DNA of 64,000 nucleotides from Brevibacterium luteolum (GTDB lineage Bacteria > Actinomycetota > Actinomycetes > Actinomycetales > Brevibacteriaceae). Shown piece after piece: positions 1 through 8,091 of the stretch (position 1 is its first letter; every line of letters begins with the position of its first letter). The position numbers were made by a program, and so were the translations under genes. The notes beneath the pieces are model-generated. The model was not told the DNA's origin and ran no database searches. It saw only the letters and a list, made by a program, of their open reading frames with translations. The stretch spans positions 1 to 64,000 of the forward strand of contig NZ_JABEMC010000005.1 of NCBI RefSeq assembly GCF_013004595.1. Reading direction: 5' to 3'.

Positions 1-75
1 GCAGGCCAGCTTCTCGTTGACCATACGCACAGCACGGTCACGGACTTCTGCAGGGTACTTACTCGGTGCGGGCAT
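1..75 (-). CDS. IS3-family transposase OrfA, 5' end (partial)
   Basis: MPAPSKYPAEVRDRAVRMVNEKLAC matches the KYxxExRxRAVRMV N-terminus typical of IS3 OrfA HTH proteins. Confidence 0.85.
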   Translation of the reverse strand, partial: MPAPSKYPAEVRDRAVRMVNEKLAC

Positions 76-127
76 GTTCCTATCCTCTCGGTTAGATCAA
101 ACCCTCCACCAGACCCGGGGCGATCCA
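1..127 (-). mobile_element. Left end of an IS3-family (IS51/IS6110-like) insertion sequence, running off the window
   Basis: Minus strand begins TGGATCGCCCCGGGTCTGGTGGAG (TG start, resembles the IS6110-type IR TGAACCGCCCCGG), followed by an RBS and an OrfA-type transposase start; it interrupts a host gene at 127/128. Confidence 0.88.
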
Positions 128-473
128 GGATGATGCCGACGATGGCGGTCAGGCCGCTGGTGGCCAGGCCGACGAGCGACATGATGAGCGAGAGCAGCGC
201 CAGGGTGTTCTGCGGCGGGGTCTGCACGTAGCCGGGCTGGCCGTATGACTGCGGCGTGCCGTAGCCGGAGCTTCCGTAGGTGTCGCTGCCGTAGCCGGTG
301 CCTGCGTAGGTGTCGCTGCCGTAGCCGGCGCCTGCCGGCTGGTGGGCGTAGGGGTCGCCGGCAGCCGGGCTGCTGTACGGGGTGGGGGCGCCGCTGTAGC
401 CGCCGGCTTCTGGGGATCCGTAGCCGTAGGGATCGCTGCTGCCGGAGCTGTTGGGCTGGTACTGATGCGACAT
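128..473 (-). pseudogene. DUF4190-like membrane protein interrupted by the IS3 element
   Basis: MSHQYQPNSSG...(G/Y/P-rich)...PPQNTLALLSLIMSLVGLATSGLTAIVGII is cut at the IS end; the paralogue at 747-1094 continues ...GGIILGHMAKKQI. Contains a 30-bp period repeat (GYGSDTYA). Confidence 0.85.
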
Positions 474-695
474 CGCGCTCTCGCCTGGCCTTCTGTCATC
501 GGGGGTGGGTGGTGCCAGCCAGCCGGTGCACCGGGTGCGTGCGACTGCCTGTACCAGCCACGGTACCCCGCGTGCTGATGGGCCGACAACGCAGATCGGC
601 AGTTGTCACCGAATCGGCACACACCTGTCACGATTCCCTCCTCTGATGCGCTCGGTCTGGATGCCCTGCGCGCCGGCCGGCAGGTGCATGAGCCG

Positions 696-759
696 CGGTC
701 AGCAGGCCGGACGGTCAGCAGGCCAGACGGTCAGCAGCCCAGACGGTCAGTAGCCCAGC
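696..759. repeat. Tandem repeat, 4 x 16 bp (CGGTCAGCAGGCCRGA-like)
   Basis: Units at 696, 712, 728 and 744; the last overlaps the stop codon of the 747-1094 gene. Confidence 0.85.
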
Positions 760-1094
760 GCGAGGCCGCCGAAGAGGACGAAGAGGACGAGAAACCAGAA
801 CACGAAGTTAAGAACAATCAAGCCGACGATGACGTAGCCGACGACCAGACCCCAGGTGGCCAGGTGGACGCCGGTCTCACCGGAGCGCTTGATCTGTTTC
901 TTGGCCATGTGGCCGAGGATGATCCCGCCGATCGCGGTCAGACCGCCAGTGGCCAGGCCGACGATCGACAGGATAAGCGAGAGCAGCGCCAGGTTGTTCT
1001 GCTGCGGGACCTCGGCATAGGGGTAGGCGTAAGACTGCGGTGCGCTGTGACCTGGGCTGCCGTCGGAACTGCGGGGCTGGTACGGGTGCGGCAT
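747..1094 (-). CDS. DUF4190 domain membrane protein
   Basis: MPHPYQP... NNLALLSLILSIVG...GIILGHMAKKQIKRSGETGVHLATWGLVVGY; GGAGG RBS upstream. Confidence 0.85.
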   Translation of the reverse strand: MPHPYQPRSSDGSPGHSAPQSYAYPYAEVPQQNNLALLSLILSIVGLATGGLTAIGGIILGHMAKKQIKRSGETGVHLATWGLVVGYVIVGLIVLNFVFWFLVLFVLFGGLALGY

Positions 1095-1240
1095 CGCGGT
1101 CTCGCCTCCTTCTGCCGCTGGGAGCGGGGTGCGGCTGGCCGGCGCGGAGTCCGTGCGCCTGATCTCAGCGTAGCACTGCCTCGCGGTCTGCCGCGGTGAC
1201 AGCCGGGATCGGCCGCTGTCACCGCATCGGCGCACGCCGC

Positions 1241-1546
1241 TTATGAGCCGAGTGCGCTGAGGATGACGGCGATGATGAAGGCGGCCCACCCACCGGTGAT
1301 GATGAGCCCGAGGACGAATCCGGTGATCGCCGTCCCGAGGCCGCGCTGACCGGTCGCCGCGATCTGGATGAAGGCGATGATCCCGGTGATGAGCGCGATG
1401 AACGACGTCAGCCCGAGCGTGACGATCCCGGCGAGCGCCAGCCCCAGGGTCCACTTGGCCATGAGGTTGCGCGGCTCGCCGCGGTACCGCGCTGAGCTGC
1501 CGAAGGCCGGGAGGTCGTCGAAGATGTCGAGGATGTCGAAGATCAT
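1241..1546 (-). CDS. DUF4190 domain membrane protein
   Basis: NLMAKWTLGLALAG...GIIAFIQIAATGQRGLGTAITGFVLG; AAGGG RBS before MIFDILD. Confidence 0.75.
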   Translation of the reverse strand: MIFDILDIFDDLPAFGSSARYRGEPRNLMAKWTLGLALAGIVTLGLTSFIALITGIIAFIQIAATGQRGLGTAITGFVLGLIITGGWAAFIIAVILSALGS

Positions 1547-1725
1547 CGGGGTTCCCTTCCCGTCTCTGGCATGGCCGGGTGCCCTGCCGTCTGCCTCCAC
1601 AGTAGACCGCACCCGAGGCGGTGCTCCCCTTTCCATGTCACCGGCTGGGCACATGTGGTGCCCGCCTGGGCACAGGTCGGCCTGCCACACGAGCCCGCCG
1701 GGCTGACTCGCCTACACTGGGCGCT

Positions 1726-3363
1726 GTGAGCCACCCGACGACCACCTCCGCGGCTGCCCCCGGCAGCACCGCGTCTGAGCCTGCCGCTAAGCAGCCCGGC
1801 GCTGCCGCGCGGCTGCGCGACCGGCTGGCCGGCCTCGACCCGCGTGTCTGGACGTGGGGTGTGCCGCTGCTGCTCGGCGTCATCGCAGCGCTCATGCGCT
1901 TCTACCGCCTGGGTTTCCCTGGCCGGCTGATCTTCGATGAGACCTACTACGTCAAGGACGCCTATACGCTCAGCCAGGCCGGCTACGAAAAGGCCTGGCC
2001 CGATGAGCCGAACCCTGAGTTCGAGGCCGGCAATACGAGCATCATGCTCGACGAACCGTCCTATGTCGTCCATCCGCCCTTGGGCAAGTGGATCCTCAGT
2101 CTCGGCATCGACATGTTCGGGGCGGACTCCTCCTTCGGCTGGCGCTTCTCCGCCGCGCTTGTCGGCGCGCTCTCGGTCGCCGTGCTCACCTACTTCGCCA
2201 TCCGCCTCTTCCGCTCGGTGTGGATCGGCGGGCTGGCCGGGCTGCTCATGACCGTCGACGGTGAGCACTTCGTGCATTCGCGCACCGGCCTGCTCGACCT
2301 GTTCCTCATGTTCTTCGTGCTGCTGGCCTTCGGCTTCCTCGTCCTCGACCGGGAGCAGACCAACCGCCGGCTGCGCGACCGCCTCGCCCTCACGCCGCAT
2401 GGCAAACGCGCAGCGGCCCCGGCAGCCGACCCGTGGACCTACGGCCCGGCGCTGGGCTTCCGCGGCTGGCGGCTGGCCGCCGGCGTCGCGCTCGGCTGTG
2501 CGATGGGTGTCAAGTGGTCGGGCCTGTACGCCCTGGCCGTCTTCGGCATCGCCGTCGTCGCCTGGGACATCACCTCCCGCTACCGCGCCGGTGTGCGCCG
2601 CCCGGTCACCGGGATGCTCATCCGCGATTCGGTGCCGGCGTTCCTGCTCATGGTTCCGGTCGCCTTCGTCACCTATGTCGTGACCTGGTCGGGCTGGATC
2701 TTCACCTCCGGCGGCTGGGACCGGCAGTGGGCAGCGGAGAACCCCGGCTGGTGGGACTTCCTGCCCGACTGGATCCCCGGGCTCGCGCACTACCACGCGT
2801 CTGCCTACAAGTTCCATGTCGGGCTCTCCAGCGAGCACACCTATATGTCCAACCCATGGGGCTGGATCGTGCAGTGGCGGCCGACGTCGTTCTACTACGA
2901 GTCCTACGCCGCCGGTGAGCACGGGTGCATGGTCGAGAAGTGCTCGTCTGCGATCACCTCGGTCGGCAACCCGGTCATCTGGGGGGCGGCGCCGGTGGCG
3001 CTCATCGTCCTCATCCTCGCCTGGATCGTCCGCCGCGACTCCCGTGCCGGCTTCATCCTCGCCGGCTTCGCCGCCACCTGGCTGCCGTGGTTCCGCTACC
3101 AGGACCGCACGATCTTCACCTTCTACACCATCGTCATGGTCCCGTTTGTGTGCCTGGCGATCGCCTACTGCCTCGGCCTGCTCTGGGGCGACGCCACGGA
3201 CGCCGCTGAGCGCGGCCAGTCTCTGCTCGCACGCCGGCTGGCTGTCGCCGCGTTCGGGGCGGCGGCGATCCTCGTCTTCGCGTTCTTCTGGCCGGTGTAC
3301 ACCGGTGAGGTCATCCCCTACGACTCGTGGCGCCTGCGGATGTGGAACCCCAGCTGGATCTGA
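1726..3363 (+). CDS. pmt: Polyprenol-phosphate-mannose--protein O-mannosyltransferase
   Basis: LIFDETYYVKDA, VVHPPLGKW, GWRFS, SRTGLLD, VKWSG and HTYMSNPWGW motifs; GTG lies 7 nt after TACACT (-10), probably leaderless. Confidence 0.93.
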   Translation: MSHPTTTSAAAPGSTASEPAAKQPGAAARLRDRLAGLDPRVWTWGVPLLLGVIAALMRFYRLGFPGRLIFDETYYVKDAYTLSQAGYEKAWPDEPNPEFEAGNTSIMLDEPSYVVHPPLGKWILSLGIDMFGADSSFGWRFSAALVGALSVAVLTYFAIRLFRSVWIGGLAGLLMTVDGEHFVHSRTGLLDLFLMFFVLLAFGFLVLDREQTNRRLRDRLALTPHGKRAAAPAADPWTYGPALGFRGWRLAAGVALGCAMGVKWSGLYALAVFGIAVVAWDITSRYRAGVRRPVTGMLIRDSVPAFLLMVPVAFVTYVVTWSGWIFTSGGWDRQWAAENPGWWDFLPDWIPGLAHYHASAYKFHVGLSSEHTYMSNPWGWIVQWRPTSFYYESYAAGEHGCMVEKCSSAITSVGNPVIWGAAPVALIVLILAWIVRRDSRAGFILAGFAATWLPWFRYQDRTIFTFYTIVMVPFVCLAIAYCLGLLWGDATDAAERGQSLLARRLAVAAFGAAAILVFAFFWPVYTGEVIPYDSWRLRMWNPSWI

Positions 3364-3500
3364 TCGGCGCGGCCTGAATCGGCTGGCACACCCGGCCCAC
3401 CCGGAGCGTACTTCCCTTAAGTTGATGCCTCGTTCACCTCCGCGTCACACATGGGTCGCCTCTCAGTCATCCGCGATGGTCATGGTGGTTGCCTGTGACC

Positions 3501-4670
3501 ATGAACAACCAGACCAAGCGCACTGTCGCCATCATTCCCGCTCGCGGCGGGTCGAAGGGCATTCCGCTGAAGAACCTGCAGAAGGTTGCCGGCAAGACCC
3601 TGCTCGCCCGTGCGGTTGAGAGCGCCAGGGCCGCCAGCCGTATCGACACCGTCATCGTCTCCACCGACCATGACGGCATCGCCGAGGAGGCTCGGCGAGC
3701 CGGCGCCGAGGTGGTCCACCGTCCTGCTGACATCTCCGGTGACCAGGCGACCAGTGAGTCGGCCCTGCTCTACACGCTTGAGCAGCTGGCGGACAGCTAC
3801 GACATCACCGCCTTCATCCAGTGCACCTCGCCGTTCATCCACCCGGAGAACCTCGACCACGCTGTGGAGCGCGTGGCTCGCGATCAGGCTGATGTCGTCT
3901 TCTCCGCCGTCGAGGACTTCAGCTTCCTGTGGACGCTCGATGAGAAGGACAATGCCGTAGCTGTCGGCCACGATGCGGCCTTCCGCCCGCGCCGCCAGGA
4001 TCGCGCAGCGCACTACAACGAGACCGGCGCCTTCTACATCATGCGCACCTCGGGGCTTCAGAAGTACAAGCACCGCTTCTTCGGCCGCATCGAGATCGAA
4101 GAGGTGCCCGCCGAACACGCCCGCGAGATCGACTCGATGTCCGATCTGTCGCTGGCCCGCGCTGTGGCCTCCCAGCACGAGGCGATCAACGTCCTCGACG
4201 TCGACGCCCTTGTCACCGACTTCGACGGTGTGCACACCGACGACGCCTGCTACGTCGATGAGAACGGCGAGGAGACCGTCCGCGTCCACCGCGGCGACGG
4301 CCTCGGCATCAGCCGGCTCGTCAAGGCTGGCTTCCCCTTCCTCATCCTGTCGAAGGAGCAGAACCCCGTTGTCTCGCGCCGGGCCGAGAAGCTGCGCGTC
4401 GACATCGCCCAGGGCATCGACAACAAGGCCGAGGTCTTAAGCGAATGGATCACCGACAACGGCCTCGACCCGGCCCGCGTCGCCTATGTCGGCAACGACA
4501 TCAACGACATTGAGGCCTTCAGCGTCGTCGGCTGGCCGATCGCCGTCGCCGACGCCCACCCGCAGGTGCTCGCCGCCGCGCGCTCGATCCTCACCCGCCG
4601 CGGCGGGCAGGGCGCCGTGCGCGAGGTCTGCGACCTCATCGATCCCGAAAAGACCAGATCAGCTGCGTGA
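3501..4670 (+). CDS. neuA: Acylneuraminate (nonulosonate) cytidylyltransferase fused to a C-terminal KdsC/YrbI-type HAD phosphatase
   Basis: IPARGGSKGIPLKN, QCTSPF, ETGAFY, EIDS; then TDFDGVHTD and YVGNDINDI HAD motifs. Confidence 0.92.
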   Translation: MNNQTKRTVAIIPARGGSKGIPLKNLQKVAGKTLLARAVESARAASRIDTVIVSTDHDGIAEEARRAGAEVVHRPADISGDQATSESALLYTLEQLADSYDITAFIQCTSPFIHPENLDHAVERVARDQADVVFSAVEDFSFLWTLDEKDNAVAVGHDAAFRPRRQDRAAHYNETGAFYIMRTSGLQKYKHRFFGRIEIEEVPAEHAREIDSMSDLSLARAVASQHEAINVLDVDALVTDFDGVHTDDACYVDENGEETVRVHRGDGLGISRLVKAGFPFLILSKEQNPVVSRRAEKLRVDIAQGIDNKAEVLSEWITDNGLDPARVAYVGNDINDIEAFSVVGWPIAVADAHPQVLAAARSILTRRGGQGAVREVCDLIDPEKTRSAA

Positions 4671-4727
4671 CATCCACTCACGCCACCCCGTGCAACACCT
4701 CGCACCGAAACGATTGGAGTTCCCAGC

Positions 4728-5645
4728 ATGACTCAGAACGCTGATAACGCAGCACAGCCCTGCCCCTTCCGCCAGACCGCCGCGCCGGTGGCGATCGGCG
4801 AGCACCTCGTCGGCCCCGGCCAGCCGGTGTACGTCATCGGGGAGATCGGCATCAACCACAACGGCGATGTCGAGATCGCCAAGCAGCTCATGGATGTCGC
4901 AGCCGAGGCAGGCGCCCAGGCGGTGAAGTTCCAGAAGCGCAACCCCGATGTCGCCGTGCCGGAGGCACAGAAGTCGAAGATGCGTGAGACTCCGTGGGGC
5001 ACGATGACCTACATCGACTACAAGTACAAGGTCGAGTTCGAGAAGGACGAGTACACCGAGATCGACCGCTACGCCAAGGAGAAGGGCCTGCAGTGGTTCG
5101 CCTCGCCGTGGGACACCGATTCGGTCGATTTCCTGGAGAACGAGTTCGACTCGGTGACCTACAAGGTCGCCTCGGCCTCGCTGACCGACTTCGAACTGCT
5201 CAAGGCGATCGCAGCCACCGGCAAGCCGGTGCTGTGCTCCTCGGGCATGTCCGACTGGAAGATCCTCGATGAGGCCGTTGAGTGCTTCGACCGCGACAAA
5301 CTCGTCCTCATGCACTCGACTTCGACCTACCCGCTGCCGCCGGAGGAGACCAACCTGCTGGCGATCCCGGCGATGGCTGAGCGCTACGGCGTGCCGGTCG
5401 GCTACTCCGGTCATGAGACCGGCCTGCAGATCTCGCTGGCGGCTGTGGCTCTCGGTGCGGTGACCGTCGAGCGCCACATCACCATGGACCGCGCGATGTG
5501 GGGTTCGGACCAGGCCGCCTCGCTCGAACCTCACGGCTTCACCACCCTCGTGCGCGACATCCGCATCCTGGAAGAGGCCATGGGCGACGGCGTCAAGCGG
5601 ATCATGCCCGGCGAAGAGACGAAGATCTCCTCGCTGCGCAAGTGA
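4728..5645 (+). CDS. neuB: N-acetylneuraminate synthase family (nonulosonate-9-phosphate synthase), without C-terminal AFP/SAF domain
   Basis: EIGINHNGD, VKFQKR, GYSGHETG, ERHITMDRAMWGSDQAASLEP. Confidence 0.93.
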   Translation: MTQNADNAAQPCPFRQTAAPVAIGEHLVGPGQPVYVIGEIGINHNGDVEIAKQLMDVAAEAGAQAVKFQKRNPDVAVPEAQKSKMRETPWGTMTYIDYKYKVEFEKDEYTEIDRYAKEKGLQWFASPWDTDSVDFLENEFDSVTYKVASASLTDFELLKAIAATGKPVLCSSGMSDWKILDEAVECFDRDKLVLMHSTSTYPLPPEETNLLAIPAMAERYGVPVGYSGHETGLQISLAAVALGAVTVERHITMDRAMWGSDQAASLEPHGFTTLVRDIRILEEAMGDGVKRIMPGEETKISSLRK

Positions 5646-5734
5646 TGTCAGACTGCGGTCGGGGCAGCCTCACACGAGGCTGCCCCGGCCGCGGCATCTG
5701 CGCGCGTCCTCCGTCCGCCACCTGAAAGCAGAGC

Positions 5735-6718
5735 ATGCCCGATCCCACCCTGAGCGTCATCATCCCAGCTCACAATGCTGAGCCGTTCATCGCCGAGACT
5801 CTCCTGTCGCTGCGCTGCCAAGACCTGAGCCACGAGGAATTGGAGATCGTCGTCGTCAACGACGGCTCGGCCGACGCGACTGCCGAGATCGCGAGCGACG
5901 CCTGTCGCAGCGTCAAGCACTTCCAGCTCATCACCAATGAGCAGCCCAGCGGTGTCTCAGCAGCCCGGAACACCGGCCTGCGCGCCGCCGCCGGCGACTA
6001 CGTCACCTTCCTCGATGCTGACGACTGGTTCGCCAACCGGCACCTGCGGGTTCTGCTCGACGCGATCATCCGTCTCGGGGTCGACTTCGTACGCTGCGAC
6101 CAGATCCAGGCGATCGATAAGACCCGCCAGCTGCGCCGTGCCCCGGTCTTCCGCCGCAATGAGGCCCTGCGCACCCACGACTACATCGTCCACGGCTGGA
6201 CGCAGACGATGGTCGACTTTCCCAACACGAACACCGGCGTCTACGCACGCCGTCTCGCCGACAACGGCACCCTGTTCTTCGATGAGTCGCTTTACAGCGC
6301 CGAGGATCGCGAATGGAACTGGCGGCTCATGCTCGAAGCCGATTCCTTCGCCGTCATCGATGCGCCCGGTGCATACTACCGTCGCGGTGTCAGCGACTCT
6401 CTGACCGCGGTCTACAACGAAACGCAGCTGCATTTCATCCCCAGCTGTGCGAAGACGATCGCCCAGACCCGCCGCTATGACAATCCGGCCTTCACCCTCA
6501 AGGCTCTGCACAACCTGTTCGCATTGGCCGACATCCACCTCCAGCGACGCGCTGAGATGCCCCGCAATCTGTATCGCCGGCTCGTCGACGGCGTGGCTGA
6601 GGCGTCAGCGACTGCCACTGCTGATGAACTCGACGAGGTGATCCTCTCCTTCCGGCCTGAGCGCGTGCGCCGGCTGCGCCCGATCATGCGCCGGATGGAA
6701 GCGAAGGGAGAAGCATGA
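5735..6718 (+). CDS. Glycosyltransferase family 2
   Basis: SVIIPAHN, VNDGSAD, GVSAARNTG, FLDADD, AEDREW. Confidence 0.9.
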   Translation: MPDPTLSVIIPAHNAEPFIAETLLSLRCQDLSHEELEIVVVNDGSADATAEIASDACRSVKHFQLITNEQPSGVSAARNTGLRAAAGDYVTFLDADDWFANRHLRVLLDAIIRLGVDFVRCDQIQAIDKTRQLRRAPVFRRNEALRTHDYIVHGWTQTMVDFPNTNTGVYARRLADNGTLFFDESLYSAEDREWNWRLMLEADSFAVIDAPGAYYRRGVSDSLTAVYNETQLHFIPSCAKTIAQTRRYDNPAFTLKALHNLFALADIHLQRRAEMPRNLYRRLVDGVAEASATATADELDEVILSFRPERVRRLRPIMRRMEAKGEA

Positions 6719-8091
6719 AACAGGTCTTCGTCGTCTCCTCGTGGCTGCAGCTGCTGAGCATCAGCACGACCATCCGCAATGAGCGCATCGCCTCGGCTGA
6801 GGAGCGCGTGCTCATCGTCAGTGACACCCGCGCTGTCAACGAAGTCGGCGCATCGTTCGCCGAACAGCCGATTTCCGCTCCCCTGCTCGACGTCTTCGAC
6901 CGCGTCATCGACTACAATTCCTGGATCTGGCCGCAGCACCCGTCCCAGTGGTCGCCGCTGGTCAATGAGCAGCCGATGTGGTCGAAGGCCCTCTTACGTG
7001 CATGGGACCTGGCCGACTGCCATGTGCAGCTCTTCATTGAGTCCGTGCAGGGCAACCCGGCTCAGGCCCTCAGCTGCATCTTCACCGACGCCGAGATCTT
7101 CGTCCACTCCGATGGCCTCATGACCTACGGCCCCACCCGCAGCAACCTGCCGCCACAGCTATGGCAGCGCCTGAGCGGTCTGATCTACATGGACCTCGTA
7201 CCCGGCGTCGACCCGCTGCTTCTCTCAGAATTCGCCGGCCTCGACCGAATCGCTCTCGAGCCGGCCGAGCTGCGCACTGAGGTCGAACGCGTCGCCGCTG
7301 CTGTGGACACCTCCGAACTGCGCGTTCACCAGGACGCCTGCATGATCGTCGGCCAGTACCTAGCCGATGTCTCCCTCTTCACCCTGGAACAGGAGACCGA
7401 GCTGTACATGCAGATGATCGACCAGGCGATCTCCTCCGGCCACCGCCACATCTACCTCAAACCGCACCCTTCGGCCTCACAGTCGATCCAGAGCGCGCTG
7501 CAGCATCGCGCTCGCCTCCGCGGTGTGTCCTTCGATGTCGTACCGGCATACCTTCCCGTCGAGCTCGCGGCCCTCGTGCTCACACCCAACTCGATCTACA
7601 GCTGCTTCTCCACCGGGATGGTGACGGCCTGGCGGTTGTTCGGCATACCGGCGCGTGCCTTCGGCACCCGGGACGCCATGGAGGAGTTCCGCCCGTTTGA
7701 GAACTCCAACCGCATCCCGGTCACCATCTGCGACTACCTCTTCACCGACGGGACATCGGACAAGGAGCCCCTGCAGGAGGTCGTCAACGCGGTCAGCTAC
7801 TGCATGCGAGCACAGATCCTGCCGCACCTGCGCGGTTCGACGGCTGACTTTTTGCACCGCAGCCTGCCGCAGTACCGGCACTGCTTCAAGCGCCGCCGGC
7901 TGACGAAGCTGCGACTGCCTGGCAGCTTGCCGCCTCCCAACCGCGCCCAGCAGGTGCGCAGCCTCGGACGCCGAACGGCTCGCAGCGGACTCGAAGCGCT
8001 GCGCAACAGCGGTCAGCTCGCCCAGAGGACCGCTGATCTGCTCAGCAGTCAGGCCAAGCGCATCCGGCAGCGGGCAGGCGAACGGAAGTGA
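6715..8091 (+). CDS. Alpha-2,8-polysialyltransferase-family (nonulosonate transferase-like) protein
   Basis: SDGLMTYGPTR, LKPHPS (HP motif), SCFSTG, PFENSNRIPVTI; ATGA overlap within the neu operon. Confidence 0.75.
   Translation: MKQVFVVSSWLQLLSISTTIRNERIASAEERVLIVSDTRAVNEVGASFAEQPISAPLLDVFDRVIDYNSWIWPQHPSQWSPLVNEQPMWSKALLRAWDLADCHVQLFIESVQGNPAQALSCIFTDAEIFVHSDGLMTYGPTRSNLPPQLWQRLSGLIYMDLVPGVDPLLLSEFAGLDRIALEPAELRTEVERVAAAVDTSELRVHQDACMIVGQYLADVSLFTLEQETELYMQMIDQAISSGHRHIYLKPHPSASQSIQSALQHRARLRGVSFDVVPAYLPVELAALVLTPNSIYSCFSTGMVTAWRLFGIPARAFGTRDAMEEFRPFENSNRIPVTICDYLFTDGTSDKEPLQEVVNAVSYCMRAQILPHLRGSTADFLHRSLPQYRHCFKRRRLTKLRLPGSLPPPNRAQQVRSLGRRTARSGLEALRNSGQLAQRTADLLSSQAKRIRQRAGERK

Noticed and set aside
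696..759. Possible CRISPR arrays at the 16-bp repeats (also 47524-47581)
   Set aside because: The units are directly adjacent with no unique spacers, and there are no cas genes.
1543..2922. 459-aa minus-strand ORF, and similar long antisense ORFs (11008-12999, 22007-23359, 40421-41803, 44312-46231, 47695-49107, 59180-60589, 62362-63816)
   Set aside because: They are shadows of well-supported genes on the opposite strand, expected in high-GC DNA, and carry no motifs.
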